Assembly: GCA_045660065.1 (NCBI GenBank)
Contig: JAZRDC010000100.1
Span: 294 to 64,293, forward strand
DNA: 64,000 nucleotides
Direction of reading: 5' to 3'
Origin: Clostridia bacterium
GTDB lineage: Bacteria; Bacillota; Clostridia; RGIG6154
The notes under the pieces are model-generated. The model did no database searches. It was given only the letters and a program-made list of their open reading frames with translations, and was not told the DNA's origin. Shown piece after piece: positions 19,958-29,365 of this stretch. The first letter of the stretch is position 1; the number at the start of each line of letters is the position of its first letter. The position numbers and the translations under genes are program-made.

Positions 19958-20003
19958 TTACATATATTTGTCATAAAAAATATTACATTAGGAGGAAAAT
20001 CAA

Positions 20004-21434
20004 ATGACAAAATCTTATTCAACTAAGAGATCATTGATTACAAGCGTAATTGCTCTTATGCTTTGTTTCTCAATGCTTTTAGGCACAACATTTGCGTGGT
20101 TCACAGATTCAGTAACAAGCGCAAATAACATTATCAAGTCTGGTAACTTAGATGTTGCAATGTACTGGGCAGACGGTAAAGTTGATCCAACTACAACATC
20201 ATGGACAGACGCATCAACAGGTGCAATTTTTGACTATGCTAATTGGGAACCAGGTTATGTACAGGTTAGACACATCAAAATTGCAAATGAAGGCTCACTT
20301 GCTCTTAAATACCAGTTAGCAATTGCTGCTAATGGAGAAGTATCTGAACTTGCAAATGTAATCGATGTTTACTATGCAGATCCAGCTGTTAAAGTTGCTA
20401 ATCGTGCTCAGCTTACAGAAGACATGAAACTCGGTACTCTTACTGAAGTTCTTGCTAACCTTGGCGCAACAGGTTATGGTGAACTCCAGAAAGATGAAGC
20501 TCACACAGTTACACTTGCATTCAAGATGCAGGAATCAGCAGGCAACGAATATCAGAACTTAGCAATCGGCTCAGATTTCGCAGTTAAACTTGTTGCAACA
20601 CAGCTCACATCTGAAGAAGACAGCTTTGACGATCAGTATGACAAAGATGCTGAATATGATTATCTCGTTGCAACACAGGACGAACTTGAAGCAGCAATCA
20701 AGAGCGCTCCAGTAGGTGATGAACCAACTGTTATTGCTTTAGGAACTGATATAAAAGAAACTCTTACAATTGCGCAGGAACCTGGTGTTAAATTAGTGAT
20801 CGATGGTAACGGTAATTCAGCTTTGGAAGGTATTATTGTAGATGGTAAATCAGCAGCATATTCGGATGCAGGATTAGTTATTAAGGATTTTGTTTTTGAT
20901 GCCAACAGCAAAATTGATGAAGAAGCTTGCATTAACCTTGGCGATGGCACCAATGGAACTCGTTACATTAGCAACTTAACAGTGGAAAACTGTACTTTTG
21001 ATGTTGCAGGAAAAGTTGCGGTTAAATCTTATCAAAATGGGGACAAAAACATCACAATCAAAGGATGTACTGTATCAGATAAAATGCATTCATTAGTTCA
21101 GGTTAATAACGTAAATAACTTGGTTGTAGAAGATTGTAAAATTTTCTCAAAGAATGGTATCAATGCAAACCAGAGCCCGATTGTTACAGTAAAAGGCTGC
21201 ACAGCTGATGTAACAGGATACGCGGTTCGTTTTGGTGCAACTTCAGGTGCAACTGGTGTAGCAGAAACATATCTCATTGAAAACTGCAACTTGAAATCTG
21301 CATGTGCAGAATCAGACGATGCAGTAGTTGTTCTCCGTGCTACAACTGAAGGAGCAACACTTACTCTCAAAAACACAACTCTCACAGGAACACGTGATAT
21401 TATTAACCTCGGAAACGCAACAATTGTTAGATAA
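20004..21434 (+). CDS. TasA/camelysin-like N-domain protein with C-terminal pectate-lyase-like beta-helix domain, paralog 3
   Basis: conserved N-terminus; C-terminus NCTF/GCTV/DCKI/NCNL repeat pattern typical of parallel beta-helix. Confidence 0.7.
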   Translation: MTKSYSTKRSLITSVIALMLCFSMLLGTTFAWFTDSVTSANNIIKSGNLDVAMYWADGKVDPTTTSWTDASTGAIFDYANWEPGYVQVRHIKIANEGSLALKYQLAIAANGEVSELANVIDVYYADPAVKVANRAQLTEDMKLGTLTEVLANLGATGYGELQKDEAHTVTLAFKMQESAGNEYQNLAIGSDFAVKLVATQLTSEEDSFDDQYDKDAEYDYLVATQDELEAAIKSAPVGDEPTVIALGTDIKETLTIAQEPGVKLVIDGNGNSALEGIIVDGKSAAYSDAGLVIKDFVFDANSKIDEEACINLGDGTNGTRYISNLTVENCTFDVAGKVAVKSYQNGDKNITIKGCTVSDKMHSLVQVNNVNNLVVEDCKIFSKNGINANQSPIVTVKGCTADVTGYAVRFGATSGATGVAETYLIENCNLKSACAESDDAVVVLRATTEGATLTLKNTTLTGTRDIINLGNATIVR

Positions 21435-21448
21435 TAATTTCATACAAG

Positions 21449-21512
21449 CCCGACCTATCCCTTCGGGGATAGGCGGCAATCAAAGGGCACGAATTAGTTT
21501 GTGTCCTTTTAT
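21449..21512 (+). terminator. second copy of two-hairpin/terminator module
   Basis: CCTATCCC-TTC-GGGGATAGG + GGCGGCAATCAAA + GGGCACGAATTAGTTTGTGTCCTTTT. Confidence 0.65.
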
Positions 21513-21528
21513 TGCCGAATAGGTGCAG

Positions 21529-21543
21529 ACAGTTTAAAACTGT
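21529..21543. promoter_or_regulatory. palindromic operator ACAGTTTAAAACTGT upstream of paralog 4
   Basis: identical to 16649-16663 copy. Confidence 0.55.
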
Positions 21544-21587
21544 TTACATATTTGTCATTATAATATTACATAAGGAGGAAAAACGAA

Positions 21588-22994
21588 ATGACAAAAGTTT
21601 ATTCAACTAAGAGATCATTAATTACAAGCGTAATCGCTCTTATGCTTTGTTTTTCAATGCTTCTCGGCACAACATTTGCGTGGTTCACAGATTCAGTAAC
21701 AAGCGCAAATAACATTATCAAGTCTGGTAACTTAGATGTTGAAATGTACTGGGCAGACGGTACAGCAGCAGTTCCAACTGTAGACGCAGGTTGGACAGAC
21801 GCATCATCAGGTCCAATCTTCAAGAATGATTTATGGGAACCAGGTTATGTAGAAGTTCGTCACATTAAAATTGCAAACGAAGGCACACTTGCTCTTAAAT
21901 ATCAGTTGGCAATTGCTGCTAACGGAGAAGTATCTAAGCTTGCTGATGTAATCGATGTTTACTATGTAGATCCTGCTACTCAGGTTGCAGATCGTACTCA
22001 GCTTCCAGCTGACAAGAAACTCGGTACTCTTACTCAAGTTCTCGCAAATCTTGCTACAACAGCTAGCGGTAACCTCGAAGCAGGTAATGCTCACACTGTT
22101 ACTCTTGCTCTTAAAATGCAGGAATCAGCAGGCAACGAATATCAGGATTTAGCAATCGGTACTGATTTCTCTGTTAAACTCTTTGCAACACAGTTAGATG
22201 CTGAAGAAGATTCATTCGGTAAAGATTATGACGCAGATTTAGACGCTTCACAAAATGGTATAGCACGCGTTACTTCTAATGGTTCAACAGTAATGTATTA
22301 TAGCGAAGAAAGTGGTTATGCAGGCAAAGTAAGATTAACTGCACTTCCTGAAAATCTTGGTAGCGAATATGTTGTACCTGCAGAAGTTAACGATTTAGGT
22401 GGTGTACTCGCAGGTAAAACTCTTGACAAATTGACCATTCATGCAAATGTTCAGAATGCATATAAATCTCTTCAGGGTACAACCGTTGATACTGTTGTTG
22501 TTGAAAGTGGCATGACAACAATTCCTGATCGTATGTTCTACCGCGCAACTGTTGATAGTGTAGTTATTCCATCAACAGTTAAAAATGTTGTAGATAGCGC
22601 TTTCCAGGAATCCATTATCAAAGAAATTAAAGTTCCTGCTTCTGTTGAATATTTCGGGGTACAGGCATTTGGTTCTTCTAAAATTGAAACTGTTACTTTT
22701 GAAGGTAACACAAGAATTCAGAACAAAGCTTTCCGTGGTTGTGCTAATCTCAGAACAGTTTACATAAACGGTGATGATATTACTTTTGAAAACACAACTG
22801 GTCAGGCTAACTGCTGGTTCTGTAACAGCGAATCAAACAATCCTGGTACAAGTGATATTACATTTTATGTTAAAAATGAAACTGTAGCAGCAAAAGTTAA
22901 AGCGGCTATGGGTGCTGAAGTTCAAAGTGAAGCAACAAGCAAAGTTAAGATTTATGTAAATAACGTACCATACTTTGTTGGTACAAAACTGTAA
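21588..22994 (+). CDS. TasA/camelysin-like N-domain protein with C-terminal BspA-type leucine-rich-repeat domain, paralog 4
   Basis: conserved N-terminus; C-terminus ...VVIPSTVKNVVDSAFQES.IKEIKVPASVEYFGVQAFGSSKIETVTFEGNTRIQNKAFRGCANLRTVYI LRR_5-like repeats. Confidence 0.7.
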   Translation: MTKVYSTKRSLITSVIALMLCFSMLLGTTFAWFTDSVTSANNIIKSGNLDVEMYWADGTAAVPTVDAGWTDASSGPIFKNDLWEPGYVEVRHIKIANEGTLALKYQLAIAANGEVSKLADVIDVYYVDPATQVADRTQLPADKKLGTLTQVLANLATTASGNLEAGNAHTVTLALKMQESAGNEYQDLAIGTDFSVKLFATQLDAEEDSFGKDYDADLDASQNGIARVTSNGSTVMYYSEESGYAGKVRLTALPENLGSEYVVPAEVNDLGGVLAGKTLDKLTIHANVQNAYKSLQGTTVDTVVVESGMTTIPDRMFYRATVDSVVIPSTVKNVVDSAFQESIIKEIKVPASVEYFGVQAFGSSKIETVTFEGNTRIQNKAFRGCANLRTVYINGDDITFENTTGQANCWFCNSESNNPGTSDITFYVKNETVAAKVKAAMGAEVQSEATSKVKIYVNNVPYFVGTKL

Positions 22995-23115
22995 ATAATA
23001 CATTATAAACCAAACAAAAAACATCAATGAATTTTCATTGATGTTTTTTTTGTTTGGAATAAAATTTTTCATTCTGGAAATCAAATAAGTATACAAATTT
23101 TTTTAAGGAGTATAT

Positions 23116-23760
23116 ATGAACAGAATAGGAAAGCAGACGGTAGTTTTAAATAATTTGCCAAGAATTATAGAAACTGCTTCGGTAGTTGGACAAAAAGAGA
23201 ACGAGGGTAATCTCGCAGGGTGCTTTGATTATGTTATAAGTGACGGAAGATTTGGTGAAAAATCATGGGAAAAGGCAGAAAGCAAAATGCAGAAAAAAGC
23301 CGTTGAAATTCTCTTGAAAAAATCGGGGAAAACAAAAGAAGAAATAGATTTTATAGCAGGCGGCGACCTTTTAAATCAATGTATGGGTACAAGTTTTGGT
23401 TTGGCGGATTTTAATATCCCGTTTTTAGGTCTTTACGGTGCGTGTTCCACAATGGCAGAAAGCCTTTGCATTGCATCAATGACAGTAGATGGTGCATATT
23501 CAAAAAATACCATCGCAGTAACCTCCAGTCATTTTTGCTCAAGTGAAAGGCAGTTCCGTTTTCCCTTGGAATATGGTGGTCAGCGCACACCCACATCACA
23601 GTGGACGGTAACAGGTTCAGGAGCCGCTTTAGTGTCAGACAAAGGCTCAGATATCGCCATAACACACATAACTCCTGGCAAAATTGTAGATATGGGAATA
23701 ACTGACGCCAACAATATGGGTGCAGCAATGGCCCCTGTAAGTGTTAAACTAACACCATAA
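23116..23760 (+). CDS. spoVAD: stage V sporulation protein AD, N-terminal ~205 codons (gene split after ...MAP at 23736; frame then runs 8 codons into the element to a TAA)
   Basis: GKQTVVLNN...FLGLYGACSTMAESL...SSHFCSSERQFRFPLEYGGQRTPTSQWTVTGSGAA...DMGITDANNMGAAMAP collinear with SpoVAD residues 1-~205. Confidence 0.85.
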   Translation: MNRIGKQTVVLNNLPRIIETASVVGQKENEGNLAGCFDYVISDGRFGEKSWEKAESKMQKKAVEILLKKSGKTKEEIDFIAGGDLLNQCMGTSFGLADFNIPFLGLYGACSTMAESLCIASMTVDGAYSKNTIAVTSSHFCSSERQFRFPLEYGGQRTPTSQWTVTGSGAALVSDKGSDIAITHITPGKIVDMGITDANNMGAAMAPVSVKLTP

Positions 23761-24003
23761 GGTGATATGCTAAATCTCTACAATTTACGCAAATTTCCTA
23801 CTTTTTCCCGAAGGATGAGACACCCCAATTCGCTATTTTTTGACAAAAGGAGAGATGATTAGAAAATACATATAAAATAATGGTACAACCATTTTGAAAA
23901 TTTTTTTGAGTTTGTGGTTTCTTGGACTAAAATAGGTATAATGCAATCAGAAAGTGTAAATAACAATTATTGGAAATCTTGGTTGACGGGAAAGGAAAAT
24001 CCT

Positions 24004-24210
24004 ATGGTGAATATAGTTAAAGCCGAAGAAATTGCAGATTTAAAAATTCTTACAATTGACCAAACAAAATCGCAACCTGAACGCTTAACGCAATTTTTTA
24101 AGGATGTGAAAAATCCATATATGGTAAGAGTAGGCGATACATTGGTACGAATAGAATTTATCGGTGGAAGAAATTTTTCAGATGCTTTAACTGTGGCTTT
24201 TTCTGTGTAA
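24004..24210 (+). CDS. small hypothetical protein upstream of recombinase (candidate accessory/directionality factor)
   Basis: 68 aa MVNIVKAEEIADLKIL...; position immediately 5' of recombinase inside element; function not recognisable. Confidence 0.35.
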   Translation: MVNIVKAEEIADLKILTIDQTKSQPERLTQFFKDVKNPYMVRVGDTLVRIEFIGGRNFSDALTVAFSV

Positions 24211-24318
24211 AGAGAGATTTCAAAATATTTCTACTTGAAAATGCGATGGTGGTATGATATAATCCTTTTGTAGAGATTAGCATATCACTGTCTATAAAAT
24301 AAGACGGAGGTACGCATA

Positions 24319-26001
24319 ATGACAAATACTAAATATGCTATGTATGTAGAGCAGCCTCCGGTATTCAAGGTAATATGGAAAGCTGCTCTTTATATTAGGC
24401 TCTCAAAAGACGATGGGGATAAGTGTGAAAGTAATTCGGTAACTTCTCAACGCGAGATATTGATGGAATATCTGAAACAACACCCTGACATCGAGTTGTA
24501 TGATATTTATGTTGATGACGGATGGTCAGGCACAAACTTCAACAGACCTGATTTTTCCCGAATGATGGAAGATGTTTATGCAGGTAATGTAAACACTATT
24601 ATTGTAAAAGATTTGTCCAGATTTGGAAGAAATTATACAGATAGCGGATACTACCTTGAAAATGTGTTTGTAAGACTGAATGTGAGATTTATTGCACTTA
24701 ACAACGGCGTTGATACTGCATCTAATAATATGAACGCCGCAACTCAATGTATTTCGGTGGGGGTTACAAATGTTATCAACGAAAGTGTAGCCGCTACAAC
24801 TTCTGTCAATGTTCGGGCAACACTTAATGTAAACCGCACCCAGGGCAAATTTATTGGTTCTTTTCCCACTTACGGATATTTGAAAGACCCAAACGACCAC
24901 CATAAACTTATTGTTGACGAGGAAACTGCTCCTGTTGTACGCTCAATTTTTGAGCGGTTTATTTCAGGGAAAAGTATAATTGGCATTGCAAAGGAACTTA
25001 ATGAAGAAGGAATTCCTAATCCTTCAATGTATAAAAAACTTAAAGGCTTTAATTACAGACACCCGGTAGGGAAAAGTAATGACGGCTTATGGCCTGACAG
25101 TTCTGTAAGAAGAATTCTTCAAAATCAGATGTATATTGGCAATATGGTACAGGGCAAGAATACCACGATAAGTTACAAAATCAAACAATGCAGAGCCATT
25201 CCAAAGGAAGATTGGATTATCGTTGAGAATACTCACGAGGCTATTGTGAGTAAAGAGATGTTTGAAAAAGCACAATCCTTGTTTAACAAAAGCATTCGCA
25301 CTGCACCGCAGAAAAAAGAAGTTGATTTGTTTTCAGGATTTGTAAAATGTGCAGATTGCCACAGATTGATGCATAAGAAAACAAATGTTCACTCTTATGG
25401 TACCTATCATTATTACCGTTGTTCTACTGCACGAAAAATGAAAAAAAGTGCCTGTGGTAATCATACTATAAGAATTGATAAACTTGAAGAGACGGTTATT
25501 ACAGTCATTCAAAATATGATAGATGTGGCAATTGATATGAATGTTTTGATTGAAAAGATAAATTCAAGCAGTATGCGCAAGAAAGAATCAACGCATCTTA
25601 TGAAAAATCTGCAGACTTTAATTTCCGAAAGAGAAAAATGTATGAGCCTGATGACAGGCTTATATCCCGACTACAAAAACGGGATTATAAGTCAGGCGGA
25701 ATATCAGAGGTTAAAGCAAAACTTAAACGAAAAAATTGATATTCTTGATAAAAATATCAACAATTTAAGCGAAACTGCAAAAAACTATGAAGACGGCGTA
25801 AATAACGAAAACAAGTTTATTACCAACTTTAAAAAGTACGGAAAATTAGAGTGTCTTAACAGAAATATCCTGACAGAACTTGTTGAAGAGATTTTAGTGC
25901 ATGAAAACAAAATGATTACCATCAAATTCAAATTTGAAGATGCTTATAAAGATGCAATGCACTATATAAAAATGAATAAGGACGTAATAAAGACCGCATA
26001 A
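24319..26001 (+). CDS. large serine recombinase (resolvase N-domain + recombinase domain + zinc ribbon/coiled coil), SpoIVCA/CisA-like
   Basis: ALYIRLSKDDGD...NSVTSQREIL catalytic N-domain; ...CADCHRLMHKK...YYYRCSTARKMKKSACGNH zinc ribbon; 560 aa; RBS GGAGGT. Confidence 0.85.
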   Translation: MTNTKYAMYVEQPPVFKVIWKAALYIRLSKDDGDKCESNSVTSQREILMEYLKQHPDIELYDIYVDDGWSGTNFNRPDFSRMMEDVYAGNVNTIIVKDLSRFGRNYTDSGYYLENVFVRLNVRFIALNNGVDTASNNMNAATQCISVGVTNVINESVAATTSVNVRATLNVNRTQGKFIGSFPTYGYLKDPNDHHKLIVDEETAPVVRSIFERFISGKSIIGIAKELNEEGIPNPSMYKKLKGFNYRHPVGKSNDGLWPDSSVRRILQNQMYIGNMVQGKNTTISYKIKQCRAIPKEDWIIVENTHEAIVSKEMFEKAQSLFNKSIRTAPQKKEVDLFSGFVKCADCHRLMHKKTNVHSYGTYHYYRCSTARKMKKSACGNHTIRIDKLEETVITVIQNMIDVAIDMNVLIEKINSSSMRKKESTHLMKNLQTLISEREKCMSLMTGLYPDYKNGIISQAEYQRLKQNLNEKIDILDKNINNLSETAKNYEDGVNNENKFITNFKKYGKLECLNRNILTELVEEILVHENKMITIKFKFEDAYKDAMHYIKMNKDVIKTA

Positions 26002-26458
26002 TTTTTAGTAGTGCAAAAAATATAAAAATGTTTGTTTGAGCATTGATTTTTTGTTAAATATGTGATAAAATTAATACATTCACACAAAGTGTTGGTTATG
26101 TCACAACTGCTTTTAGCAAGGCATAATCGGTGGAAAGGGAATGGGGTGAGAATCCCCTGCGATAACTGTCGGTGTATGCACCAAATGTTTTTATATCCGT
26201 TATCGAAAGATAGTCATTGGGAAACTGAGAAGGCAGGATATAAAAATGCAGACTTTTTGTCTATATGGTGTAAGCCACAAGACCTGCTTTGATGTTATCT
26301 CGTAGGTGCGTCTATGCATAGAGGTAGCTTTTTTGTCTGCAAAAATTAATGCATACAAATTGTGAACCATCACAGGAAAACTCAGCTGTGGTAATTTTTC
26401 AAAACGAAAAATTGCCGCAGTTTTTTGTTTTATGCGGCAAAAAGAGAGGATGGTAAAA

Positions 26459-28672
26459 ATGAAAACAAAAAAATTATTATCAATCATTTTATGTATGGTG
26501 ATTGTATTGGGGGCATCATTATTTCCTGTGAGTGCAGATAGTAACACAATTGTGCACAACATCGCAGAAAAGTATTCAGGAGAAAGTCTTGTAGATGATC
26601 CTAATATGATGTGGTTTGTTGCAGATCTTTCTGTGTATGAACAGGTTTATCAGCAAAATTCAATCACACCGGTTATCAGGCAAAATTGCCTTGATAAAAT
26701 AATTGCAGAGGCAGATAGTTCAGTGTATCCGTCTGCAATGGCAAAATCAATTATAGCATTAAGAGCGTTGGGATATGATGCTAAAAATGTTATTACTGCT
26801 GATTTGACAGCAATTGACGTTGTGAAAAAACTTACAGATATGGTCGATAGCGGTGAGGCAAGTGTTCTTAATGAATACACTTTGCCATATGTAATTTTAG
26901 CGTTGCAACAAGGCAATAATTACGCAACTGTTGAACAGATGGACTATCTGATTGCAAAGGCAGTTGAAACAAAATCTGCATGGCAGGACACCACCTGGGG
27001 AACAGATGCCGCAACACCTATGCTTTTAGCATTAGCACCTTATTACAACACCAATATACAGGTGAAAAATGCTATTGATGAAACTTTACCTATTATAACT
27101 TCATTTCAAGATGAAGCAGGACTTATCAGTAACGCTGCATCTCACGGACTTGCTATGGCGGCATTTTCTGCACTTGGAATAGATAATCATAGCATAATAA
27201 AAAATGGCAATGATATGTTTGACGGACTGATGACAGAGATAACACCTGAAAATGACGGATTTGAACCAAGTTATAATTCTTTTTCAACAGAGCAGGGATT
27301 CAGAGGACTTTTATCAACAATGTTGCCTGCAGGTACAAGAATTTATGATTTTGCAGATAATCCGTATAATCAGGCAACAGCAACATGGGCTGAATTTGCA
27401 CCTGTAACATTTGAGGTTACACCGCAGGACGCAATTGTAACAATAACAGATGCTACACCGGTTAAAAACAACAAATTTGATTTAAATGCAGGAACTTATA
27501 ATTATTCTGTTGTGCATTCTGTATATCAGCCTGTAAGCGGTGTTATTGTTATTACTCCTGAAGAAGCAGAAAATCATATTCCTAAAACAGTTAATGTTGT
27601 TTTGCAACAATACCCGCAATCTTCAGGTGGTGTGAGTAGCGATATTAAAGTGAAGGTTAAAGTTATGTCACACAATCAAAATGAATGCAATAATTCATTT
27701 ACTTATAAAAATAATTCTAATGCGTACCAATCATTGGTAAGTGAAACTGTTACTTTGAAAAAAGGGGACAGCGTTTTAGATGCGTTAAAAAAAGCACTTA
27801 ATAAGAATAATATTGTATACTCTGAAAACAACGGATATGTGTCAGCAATAAATAATCAGAAAGAATTTGACCACGGAAGTAATTCAGGTTGGATGTTCAC
27901 TGTTGACGGACAGCATTCCACAAAAGGAAGCTTAGAAACCAAATTGTCAAACGGTCAGGAAGTTGTTTGGTTTTATACAGATGACTATACTGCAGAAAGA
28001 GGATCGGAAAGCATAAGACCATCTTCTTCAGGTACATCTAAGAAGGAAAAAGCCTGGGGTCTTGAAGGAAAAAATCCTGATATCAAAAAAAGAGATGTAG
28101 AGATTAAAGGCAAAACATTTGGTGATATTAAAAATCATAAAAATAAGACCGCCATTGAGTCTTTGGCTGAAAGAAAAATTATTAATGGCAAAAGTGAAAC
28201 ACTTTTTGAGCCTGACGGGCTTATGACAAGAAGTGAATTTGCAACAATTATTGTAAATGGATTGTGTCTGCCTGTTAAAGACGGAAAAGAATTTAAAGAT
28301 GTTTTAAAAACCGATTGGTTTTTTGATTATATTGAAACCGCCTATGCCTATGGTATTGTAAAAGGGGAGTCTGACACAGAGTTTAACCCAAACGGAACAA
28401 TCACAAGAGAAGAAGCGGTTGTTATGCTCGCAAGAGCGGCAAAATTGTGCGGAATGGATACTTCGGTAAGTTCTGATGGTGTTCGCAATGTTTTGGCACA
28501 ATTTACTGATTACAAAACTGTATCTGACTGGGCGCAATGTTCACTTGCATTTTGTTACGGCAAAAAAATATTATCAAACGAAGTGTTGGAAATTAAACCG
28601 TCAGAGTGTGTTACAAGAGCGGAAATAGCGGAAATACTTTATAATATGCTTTGTCTTGCTAAACTTATATAA
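26459..28672 (+). CDS. secreted cell-surface protein: alpha/alpha-toroid N-region + DUF4430 domain + three C-terminal SLH domains (transcobalamin-like architecture)
   Basis: signal peptide MKTKKLLSIILCMVIVLGASLFPVSA; DUF4430-like ...DSVLDALKKALNKNNIVYSENNGYVSAIN...GSNSGWMFTVDGQ...; three repeats FxD(V/I)..DWF..Y...A...GIVKG SLH motifs. Confidence 0.65.
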   Translation: MKTKKLLSIILCMVIVLGASLFPVSADSNTIVHNIAEKYSGESLVDDPNMMWFVADLSVYEQVYQQNSITPVIRQNCLDKIIAEADSSVYPSAMAKSIIALRALGYDAKNVITADLTAIDVVKKLTDMVDSGEASVLNEYTLPYVILALQQGNNYATVEQMDYLIAKAVETKSAWQDTTWGTDAATPMLLALAPYYNTNIQVKNAIDETLPIITSFQDEAGLISNAASHGLAMAAFSALGIDNHSIIKNGNDMFDGLMTEITPENDGFEPSYNSFSTEQGFRGLLSTMLPAGTRIYDFADNPYNQATATWAEFAPVTFEVTPQDAIVTITDATPVKNNKFDLNAGTYNYSVVHSVYQPVSGVIVITPEEAENHIPKTVNVVLQQYPQSSGGVSSDIKVKVKVMSHNQNECNNSFTYKNNSNAYQSLVSETVTLKKGDSVLDALKKALNKNNIVYSENNGYVSAINNQKEFDHGSNSGWMFTVDGQHSTKGSLETKLSNGQEVVWFYTDDYTAERGSESIRPSSSGTSKKEKAWGLEGKNPDIKKRDVEIKGKTFGDIKNHKNKTAIESLAERKIINGKSETLFEPDGLMTRSEFATIIVNGLCLPVKDGKEFKDVLKTDWFFDYIETAYAYGIVKGESDTEFNPNGTITREEAVVMLARAAKLCGMDTSVSSDGVRNVLAQFTDYKTVSDWAQCSLAFCYGKKILSNEVLEIKPSECVTRAEIAEILYNMLCLAKLI

Positions 28673-28682
28673 GGGTAATTGA

Positions 28683-29339
28683 ATGAAAAAATATAAAAAT
28701 AAAATAATTTCACGTGCCATCATTTTCATCATATCTGTTGTTGCTTTTTTAAGTGGTTGCGGTGAGAACACTATATCTGAAAATGCAGTATCTTACAACG
28801 CACCTAAAGAAACTAAAGTGCAAATAAAAGAGGAAAAAACATCAGAAGTAAATTCTTCAGAAATAAATCAAGATGTAAAACCGACAGAAGTTAAAAAAGA
28901 AAGCACAGAAAAACATGAAAAAGCAACAGTTGATAATTCTGAAGCAACTACTGAATCAAATGGAGAATTTACTTGCATTTTATCTGTAAGATGTGATACA
29001 ATTTTAAATAATATGTCGCGCTTTGATAGTGCTAAAGTGGATATTGTGCCAGGGGACGGTGTAATATTTGCACCAGAATCTGTTGTGTTTTATGAAGGCG
29101 AAAGTGTATTCAATGTGCTTGCTCGTGAAATGAAGCGTAACAAAATACATTTAGAGTTTGAAATGACACCACTTTACGAAACTGCGTATATAAAAGGGAT
29201 TGCCAATATTTATGAATTTGATTGCGGAGAACTTTCGGGGTGGTTATACAAGGTAAACAACGAAAGTCCGGGTGTTGGATGCTCTCTTTATAAGTTGAAA
29301 GATGGCGATGTAGTTGAATGGATATACACTTGCGGTTAA
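28683..29339 (+). CDS. DUF4430-domain lipoprotein
   Basis: lipobox LSGCG; C-terminal ...VFNVLAREMKRNKIHLEF...ELSGWLYKVNNESPGVGCSLYKLKDGDVVEW DUF4430 pattern. Confidence 0.6.
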   Translation: MKKYKNKIISRAIIFIISVVAFLSGCGENTISENAVSYNAPKETKVQIKEEKTSEVNSSEINQDVKPTEVKKESTEKHEKATVDNSEATTESNGEFTCILSVRCDTILNNMSRFDSAKVDIVPGDGVIFAPESVVFYEGESVFNVLAREMKRNKIHLEFEMTPLYETAYIKGIANIYEFDCGELSGWLYKVNNESPGVGCSLYKLKDGDVVEWIYTCG

Positions 29340-29365
29340 AACTATGTAGTACTTAGGAGAAAAAG

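Noticed and set aside
16600-23000. CRISPR array, considered because of the regularly repeated ~70-bp segments upstream of the paralogs
   Set aside because: The repeats are 1.4-1.8 kb apart, are promoter/5'-coding duplications of paralogous genes, and lack short regular spacers; no cas genes are present.
26062-26292. 76-aa ORF between the recombinase and the SLH protein gene
   Set aside because: No RBS, Cys/Trp-rich with odd composition; more likely non-coding promoter or leader region.
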